Assembly: GCA_964247135.1 (NCBI GenBank)
Contig: CAXTTL010000141.1
Coordinates: 1-12,629, forward strand
DNA from: an uncultured Deinococcales bacterium
GTDB taxonomy: Bacteria > Deinococcota > Deinococci > Deinococcales > JAAFIG01
Length of the DNA stretch: 12,629 nt
Reading direction: 5' to 3'
A model generated the notes under the pieces. It saw nothing but the letters and a program-made list of their open reading frames with translations. It ran no database searches and was not told where the DNA came from. How positions within the stretch are numbered: position 1 is the first letter of the stretch; the number at the start of each line of letters is the position of its first letter. Positions 7,110 to 12,629 of this stretch are shown here, in pieces. A program made the translations under genes and the position numbers.

Positions 7110-7287
7110 CACTTTATCTTTTGTAAGCGACATCGTTCAGAACGCTTGAACTCGGTATAAAAAATAACAATGCACAGCGCTTTCAAAAGGATATTTTGCT
7201 ATTATTTATGCTCGAGTCAAAATAGAACGTGTGGGCAATTTTCGTGTCGTTTTGATTTTGCAGGCGGTGGCGAAGATTAACAAAAAC

Positions 7288-9087
7288 TCAAATGATAGCC
7301 TCGAGTTCATTCACCATGTTTTTTAAAACTTCAAAACCGCGCTGCACGGGTTCTGGGCTGTTCATGTCAATGCCAGCCAATTTCAGGGCATCAATCGGAT
7401 ACCTCGAGCTGCCGGTTTTCAAAAAATCGATATAGCGTTTGGCGGCGGGTTCACCCTCGGTCAACACATCTGTTGCCAGCGCATTGGCGGCGGCAATTCC
7501 CGTGGCATATTGATACACGTAAAATGGCGAATACAAATGCCCAAAGTTCATCCAACACGAACCCAGACGGGTTGCATCAATGTTTACCGAACCGCCGTAA
7601 CCTTCACCAAACAATTCGACCAAACGTTCGCTCAAAAACGGGGCATTGATCGAACCGCCGCGCTCGACTCGCTCGTACATTTCACGCTCGAGCTTTGCAA
7701 GGGTCGGCATGACAAACAAATAGCGGTGAAAATTCGAGAATGCCTCCTCGAGCAGCGCCAGTTTCGCGGTTTTGTCGGTTGCCGATTTTAACAGGTCACT
7801 GCGCACCATCGCCTGATTGAAATTGCTGGCGACCTCGGCAACGAACATGCTGTAATCGGTGTAAATGGCGGGTTGGGTGGTGTTGCTAAAGTACGAGTGC
7901 ATCGAATGCCCCAACTCGTGCGCCAAGGTTGAAAGCGAGTAGAGGTCGTCCGTCCAGCTCATAAAAATAAACGGATGCGTCCCCTGAGCGCCACTCGAGT
8001 ACGCGCCCGCGCCCTTGCCCTGATTCGGACCCCAATCGACCCAGCGTTGCTCGAGCAAACCTTTGCGCATGGGGTCGATGTACTCCGCGCCGAGCGGTTC
8101 CATGCCCTTCAGGATCAAATGCGAAGCCTCGAGAAACGTAACTTTGGTGCTTGGCACGAGCGGCGCTGGAGATTCGTAAATCGGTGCGTCGCTGGTGTGC
8201 AAAGCCCCGTTCATGGCTTGCTTGCGAAGCCGCCAATACTTGTGCCAGAGGGGCTGATACTCTTTGAACGTCTCGAGCAGATTTTCATAGACCCGCAGCG
8301 GTATGTGGTTTCGCGCCAAACTCATTTCCAAACTCGAGCCGTAATTTCTGGCTCGCGCCTTAAACACATAAGCCTTCACGCTGGCTTGCAAGGTTGCCGC
8401 CAGCGTATTTTGAAACGCCAAATGACCGTCGGCGTAAGCTTCAAAAGCCGCTCGACGCACGTCGGCGTTGGTGTCTGAAAGATACTCCCCGACGCTCGAG
8501 TGTGAAACTTCGACCTCAACGCCGTCGCGCAAAATCGGCTCAAATTTCATGTCGGCATCGTTCACCGCGCTCGAGATGCTGTACGCAGCCCCGAGCGGAT
8601 CGCTGGCTTGCGCCAAGAGCATCTCGACCTCAAAGCTGCGCACATGATCGCGCTCGGAGCGCAACTCTTCAAAATAATGACGGTACATTTCAAGCTTGGG
8701 TTCGTCACGCACAAATTGCTCGAGTTTTGCGTCTTCAAAAGCCAGCAACTCTGGACCAAAAAATGCCGCCGCGCCAGACAATTGTGCCCCAGCCGAGGCA
8801 ATCTCGGCATTCATGCTCGAGTAGGTCGTGTTCGTGCCCTCGATTGACGCCAGCAAACTGGCGTACATGCTGATCTTGTAAGCCTCCATGAAAATGCGGT
8901 CACGAAGCGCCAAAGCCTCAAACAAAACCGTACCAGATTCGCCCAGGCGTCCAGCGTACTTGGAAATTTCGCTTGCAGAGGCTGGAAGTGTCTCGAGGGC
9001 TTGGCGCCACTCGGTTTCGTTCGCAAAGACGGTTTCGACACTCCAGGTTTTGGCTTTTTCGACTTCACTGCGTTTGGGTAAGCTCAT
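7288..9087 (-). CDS. pepF: Oligoendopeptidase F (M3B zinc metallopeptidase)
   Basis: 599 aa; GKGAGAYS, TLAHELGHSMH (HEXXH), FVAEVAS, H..FYVYQYATG, GSSRYPIDALKLAGIDM. Confidence 0.95.
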   Translation of the reverse strand: MSLPKRSEVEKAKTWSVETVFANETEWRQALETLPASASEISKYAGRLGESGTVLFEALALRDRIFMEAYKISMYASLLASIEGTNTTYSSMNAEIASAGAQLSGAAAFFGPELLAFEDAKLEQFVRDEPKLEMYRHYFEELRSERDHVRSFEVEMLLAQASDPLGAAYSISSAVNDADMKFEPILRDGVEVEVSHSSVGEYLSDTNADVRRAAFEAYADGHLAFQNTLAATLQASVKAYVFKARARNYGSSLEMSLARNHIPLRVYENLLETFKEYQPLWHKYWRLRKQAMNGALHTSDAPIYESPAPLVPSTKVTFLEASHLILKGMEPLGAEYIDPMRKGLLEQRWVDWGPNQGKGAGAYSSGAQGTHPFIFMSWTDDLYSLSTLAHELGHSMHSYFSNTTQPAIYTDYSMFVAEVASNFNQAMVRSDLLKSATDKTAKLALLEEAFSNFHRYLFVMPTLAKLEREMYERVERGGSINAPFLSERLVELFGEGYGGSVNIDATRLGSCWMNFGHLYSPFYVYQYATGIAAANALATDVLTEGEPAAKRYIDFLKTGSSRYPIDALKLAGIDMNSPEPVQRGFEVLKNMVNELEAII

Positions 9088-9093
9088 AGGCTC

Positions 9094-9099
9094 AGTTTA
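9094..9099 (-). promoter_or_regulatory. -10 element for a leaderless pepF transcript
   Basis: TAAACT ends 6 nt before ATG 9087; no SD. Confidence 0.6.
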
Positions 9100-9162
9100 C
9101 AAAATTTAAGTTTTACAAGTTGTCGCAGAATTGCAACGCTGGCTCGAGGTCTAAATTTTGGT

Positions 9163-9999
9163 TTACTTCAAAGCACCGAGCGTCAAGCCTTCGCGCCAGT
9201 AACGTTGCAGCAAAACAAACACGATTAAAAGCGGCACAAACGAAATAAATGTTGCGGTGATAATCGTGGTGTAACTGAATTTCTCGCCCAGTGCGGCGGT
9301 CGAATTCCAAACTTCCAAACCCACAGTCGTTGGGAACAATTCGGTTTTTGAGAGCACCACCAGCGGTAAGAAAAAATTATTCCAGGTTTCGACAAAAGCA
9401 AACAAACCGACGGTGACAAGTCCGTTTCGCACGAGTGGCAAACCGATTCTCGAGAAGACCTGCCATTCGTTCGCGCCGTCCAAGTACGCGGCATCCATCA
9501 GTTCGTTCGGGAAACCTTGCGTCCAGAAGATGGTCATGAGGTACACGCCAAACGGGTTGACCAGTGCGGGCAGGATAAAACCAAGCTGCGTGTCGTTCAG
9601 TCCAAAACGGTTGACGAGCAAAAAAATCGGCAGCACCAACGCCGAGAAGGGCATCAGAACACCGCCCAGAATTGCCAGGTACAAAAAGCGTTTGAAAGGG
9701 AATTCGTGCTTGGCAAACGCGTAACCGCCCATCGCGCAGAGCAGCGTCGAACCCAGCGCGACGACGCTCGAGTACAGCACGGAATTCCAAAGCCAGGTGG
9801 ACACGATGCCGTTTTGGTAGGCGAAAGCCGCGCGAAGATTCTCGAAAAAATGTACTGGAAAAGACGGCAGCAAACCGAACGAGTCAAACAGTTGCCCGTT
9901 GTCTTTGGTCATCGAAACGACCAGCCAGTACAAGGGCAGCATAAAGTACGCCAAGCACAACAAAATCAGCAGGCTCGAGATTTCAATTTTGGGTTTCAT
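9163..9999 (-). CDS. Carbohydrate ABC transporter permease (MalG-like, CUT1)
   Basis: Hydrophobic helices; EAA loop ELMDAAYLDGANEWQVFSRIGLP; WNNFFLPL; ATGA overlap with the upstream permease. Confidence 0.93.
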   Translation of the reverse strand: MKPKIEISSLLILLCLAYFMLPLYWLVVSMTKDNGQLFDSFGLLPSFPVHFFENLRAAFAYQNGIVSTWLWNSVLYSSVVALGSTLLCAMGGYAFAKHEFPFKRFLYLAILGGVLMPFSALVLPIFLLVNRFGLNDTQLGFILPALVNPFGVYLMTIFWTQGFPNELMDAAYLDGANEWQVFSRIGLPLVRNGLVTVGLFAFVETWNNFFLPLVVLSKTELFPTTVGLEVWNSTAALGEKFSYTTIITATFISFVPLLIVFVLLQRYWREGLTLGALK

Positions 10000-10856
10000 G
10001 CGCGTCCCCGTTGATGGTTAATGATGGTTAAGAACACGCTCGAGAGTCCAAAGGTCAGGATGGCGACGATCACGGACAGCGCGGCGGCGTAATTGAAATT
10101 GCCGTAACCAAACGCGTTCGAGTAAATGTAAAGGTTCGGCGAAAGGTTGGTGGGGATGAACGACAAGGATTTTAAAACGAATGGTTCGCTAAAGATTTGC
10201 AGCACACCAATCACGGCAAACATCAGGGTCAGCGACAGGGTTGGCATCAAAAGCGGTAATTTTAAGAACCTTACGACCTGCACCGCGTTCGCGCCGTCCA
10301 CAGTCGCGGCTTCGTACAATTCGGGCGGAATGGATTTTAAACTCGAGGCGAGAATGATCGTGTTGTACCCCGTCCACGTCCAGGTAAAAATGTTACCGAT
10401 GGCAAACAGCAAGTGGTCAGCGCTGAGAAACTCGAAGTTCAGTCCAAACCAAGCCAGGATGTCGTTGAATGGACTGAGGCTTTTGGAGTACAAATACCCC
10501 CACATCAAACCGCTGACCACGCCAGGCAGCGCATAAGGCAAGAACACACTCGCGGTAAAAACCTTCGCCAGCCGCGATTCTCGAGCATCCAAGTACAACG
10601 CGAACGAGAGCGCCAACAGCAGCATGATCGGGATTTGCAAGGCACCAAAACGGGCGATGGTCTCAAGAGACTCAATAAATTGCGCGTCGCTGAGTGCCCG
10701 CACAAAGTTTTGCAAGCCAACAAAAACGGCTGGGTTTAAACCGCGTTGCACAAAAAAACTGAGGTACACGGCGTACAAGGTGGACACGAAGTAAAACAGT
10801 AGGTACAAGACCAAGAATGGCAGTAAAAACGCGAGTCCAACAAAACGTTTGGGCAT
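9996..10856 (-). CDS. Carbohydrate ABC transporter permease (MalF-like, CUT1)
   Basis: FVGLQNF, FLPYALP, EAA loop ELYEAATVDGA, GNFNYAAALS. Start moved from 10922 to ATG 10856 (AAGGA 8 nt upstream; removes the overlap with the binding-protein gene). ATG 10865 is an alternative. Confidence 0.93.
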   Translation of the reverse strand: MPKRFVGLAFLLPFLVLYLLFYFVSTLYAVYLSFFVQRGLNPAVFVGLQNFVRALSDAQFIESLETIARFGALQIPIMLLLALSFALYLDARESRLAKVFTASVFLPYALPGVVSGLMWGYLYSKSLSPFNDILAWFGLNFEFLSADHLLFAIGNIFTWTWTGYNTIILASSLKSIPPELYEAATVDGANAVQVVRFLKLPLLMPTLSLTLMFAVIGVLQIFSEPFVLKSLSFIPTNLSPNLYIYSNAFGYGNFNYAAALSVIVAILTFGLSSVFLTIINHQRGRA

Positions 10857-10884
10857 CAGTGACATCCTTGGCGCGGCTCGAGTC

Positions 10885-12216
10885 TTATTTTTCGGTGACG
10901 GTAAAACCTTGCGCCTGGGCATAGGTCAGCACCTCGGATTGCCAATGCTCGAGCGCCTGATCCCAGGTGATTTTCTTGGCAATGGCATCGGCGAGGTGCT
11001 TGTTGAAATTGTCATTGGCAAACAAAAACCACGGCGACCAGATAAAATTCGTGTCCACGTGTCGGCTCGCCTCGAGGTACGCCCCCGCGACGTTCATGCC
11101 AAAGAATTTGTTCGGGTCAAGCTTCGGGTCTTGCAACTCGGGCAGCGTTAAACCGGCTTTGGCGGCAGGAAACACGCCTTGTTTCACCCAGTTGATTTTG
11201 ATGGCATTCGGATGCGTCATCATCCAGGCGGCGAAGATCGTGGCGGCTTGCGGCTCTTTGGATTGTGTGGTCACCGCGTAAGCCGTTCCGCCCCAGTTGC
11301 CGGTGGTAAATTTGCCCATGCCCGCCCATTGTGGTATCGGTGCGACCCGCCATTTGCCAGCCGTTTTTTTGGACAACGAACTGGCGATTGACCCTGGTCC
11401 CCAAGCCGCTTCGATGCTCGAGATGATGCTGTCATTGCCGAGGGCTTTGTAAAAGTCGAGGGTGAAATCTTGGAAGCTTGAAACATAACCTTTTTCAATC
11501 ATCTTGCCCCAGTAATTCAGCACGGTTTTGGCTTTGGGATTGTTTAAATTTTGTGTCCAAGCCTCGCCGTTTTTGCTCCAGAAATGTCCACCGTATGCCC
11601 AGACCAAACCCATGTACCACGGCGCATAGGTCGAGAAGAAATTGGCAATCTTGACTTTGTTGTTCGTGGCTTTGGAAAGCTTAACGGCATTGGCTTCAAA
11701 TTCTGACCAGGTTTTGGGCACTTTCAGACCGTATTTTTTGTACAGGTCGGCGCGGTACACGAGTGCCAGCGGTCCTTGATCGCCAGGAATTCCCCAAACA
11801 CTTTTTCCGTCCGGCGAAACTTGGCGCCAAGCCCATTCTGGGTAGAGACTTTTGAAATCATTCGCGCCGTACTGAGCCAGGTCTGTAAGACCGCCGAACG
11901 CGATAAAACTGGGCAGGAAGCCGTATTCGATGGCTGCCACGTCGGGCGCCCCAGTGCCGGCTTTTAAGGCGGTCAGCAGCTTGTTGTACTCGTCAGGACC
12001 CGCGCCGACGTTTGACAATTGAACCTTGATGTTTGGGAAATCTTTGTTGAACGCCGCAATCACCGCGCCGCTCGAGCCGCCCCAATCCCAAAGTTTTAAG
12101 GTCACGTTTTTGCTGAAACTCGGGTATTTTGGCGCGTTCGCCGCTTTTTGACCAAACGCAAGCAAAGACCCTGTGACCGCCGCAATCAAACTTATAAGCA
12201 ACAAAGTTTTTCTCAT
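10885..12216 (-). CDS. Sugar ABC transporter substrate-binding protein (family 1)
   Basis: Signal peptide without a lipobox Cys; TLKLWDW, GAPDV, YRADL..KYGL.VPKTWSEF, GKWRVAPIPQW, GNWGG. SD AAGGAG at 12224-12229. Confidence 0.93.
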   Translation of the reverse strand: MRKTLLLISLIAAVTGSLLAFGQKAANAPKYPSFSKNVTLKLWDWGGSSGAVIAAFNKDFPNIKVQLSNVGAGPDEYNKLLTALKAGTGAPDVAAIEYGFLPSFIAFGGLTDLAQYGANDFKSLYPEWAWRQVSPDGKSVWGIPGDQGPLALVYRADLYKKYGLKVPKTWSEFEANAVKLSKATNNKVKIANFFSTYAPWYMGLVWAYGGHFWSKNGEAWTQNLNNPKAKTVLNYWGKMIEKGYVSSFQDFTLDFYKALGNDSIISSIEAAWGPGSIASSLSKKTAGKWRVAPIPQWAGMGKFTTGNWGGTAYAVTTQSKEPQAATIFAAWMMTHPNAIKINWVKQGVFPAAKAGLTLPELQDPKLDPNKFFGMNVAGAYLEASRHVDTNFIWSPWFLFANDNFNKHLADAIAKKITWDQALEHWQSEVLTYAQAQGFTVTEK

Positions 12217-12629
12217 GTCACTGCTCCTTTTTTTGCCCGAGAACCCTGCACTCGAGCTTGCCGTGAAAGGGGTTTGGAAAAGGCGGCGCCCGTGGATTCG
12301 CGGATGATGATTTCCAGTGTTTGCGGTTTGGTCTGAACGCTTTGTGGCAAACCTTCAAGCCGTTCGAGCAGCAATTTTGTGGCTCGAGCGCCCTGCCCCT
12401 CGAGGTCTTGAAAAACGGTGGTCAGTGAAGGCGTTAAATACCGCGCAATCGGTTCGTCGTCAAAACCGGTCACGGATACATCGTGCGGAACTTTAAAACC
12501 TTGTTCGCCAAGCGCACGAATGACCCCAACCGCCACAAAATCGTTGGCGGCAATCACGGCGCTGACCCCTTCTGGAAGTCCTGGCTCGAGCAACCTGTAG
12601 CCGCACTCAATCGTCCAATCGCCCGCCCG
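12213..12629 (-). CDS. LacI/GalR-family transcriptional regulator, C-terminal part (5' end outside the window)
   Basis: The frame is open to the window edge (RAGDWTIECGY...). Motifs AVIAANDFVAVG, VPHDVSVTGFDD, PSLTTV, IIRESTG. ATGA overlap with the binding-protein gene. Confidence 0.93.
   Translation of the reverse strand, partial: RAGDWTIECGYRLLEPGLPEGVSAVIAANDFVAVGVIRALGEQGFKVPHDVSVTGFDDEPIARYLTPSLTTVFQDLEGQGARATKLLLERLEGLPQSVQTKPQTLEIIIRESTGAAFSKPLSRQARVQGSRAKKGAVT

Larger units (their letters stand above)
354..12590. repeat. Highly iterated palindrome CTCGAG, dispersed (about 70 copies by manual count)
   Basis: Examples at 354, 464, 512, 688, 1036, 1377, 1445, 1454, 1664, 1737, 1797, 5094, 5121, 5130, 5165, 12383, 12399 and 12585. 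Present in all three reading frames and in intergenic DNA. Confidence 0.95.

Noticed and set aside
7131-7147. Deinococcal radiation/desiccation response motif (RDRM, DdrO site)
   Set aside because: The core CGTT-N3-AACG fits, but the conserved TT...AA flanks are absent (CAT...CTT).
7288-9087. pepF as the dedicated protease for the peptide
   Set aside because: It is a widespread housekeeping M3B peptidase with its own putative promoter, separated by 316 bp containing another putative promoter. Adjacency alone is not evidence.
10857-10922. Long N-terminus of the first permease overlapping the binding-protein gene
   Set aside because: A downstream ATG with an AAGGA SD removes the 38-bp overlap.
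684-12600. Numerous antisense and alternate-frame ORFs of 60-180 aa (e.g. 1000..1548, 6551..6859, 7975..8478, 9113..9310, 9517..10014)
   Set aside because: They overlap well-supported genes and lack recognisable motifs; shadow ORFs.
1-12629. CRISPR array, tRNA or rRNA
   Set aside because: No regularly spaced 25-45 bp repeats or recognisable structural RNA; CTCGAG spacing is irregular.

Overview
Bacterial chromosomal window, most likely Deinococcota (inferred from protein types, leaderless-type promoters and gene order). Left to right: the 3' end of a probable IS630-family element inserted in an AT-rich PD-(D/E)xK-like nuclease gene; a rhodanese-type sulfurtransferase (-); an APH-family kinase; upp - wecA/tagO-like - wecB (+); a two-gene unit (-) encoding a 65-aa peptide and a 402-aa lipoprotein with a PKD-like C-terminus; pepF (-); and a LacI-regulated CUT1 sugar ABC operon without an ATPase gene (-). 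The best candidate for an undescribed system is the 65-aa peptide. It carries a lasso-type RiPP leader in exact register (Y-17, P-14, L-12, G-8, T-2), but its core cannot form a lasso ring, no maturases are nearby, and it is translationally coupled to the lipoprotein. The palindrome CTCGAG occurs about 70 times by manual count (about 3 expected), like a HIP1-type element. Also notable are several leaderless starts and a probable ATT start codon for wecB.
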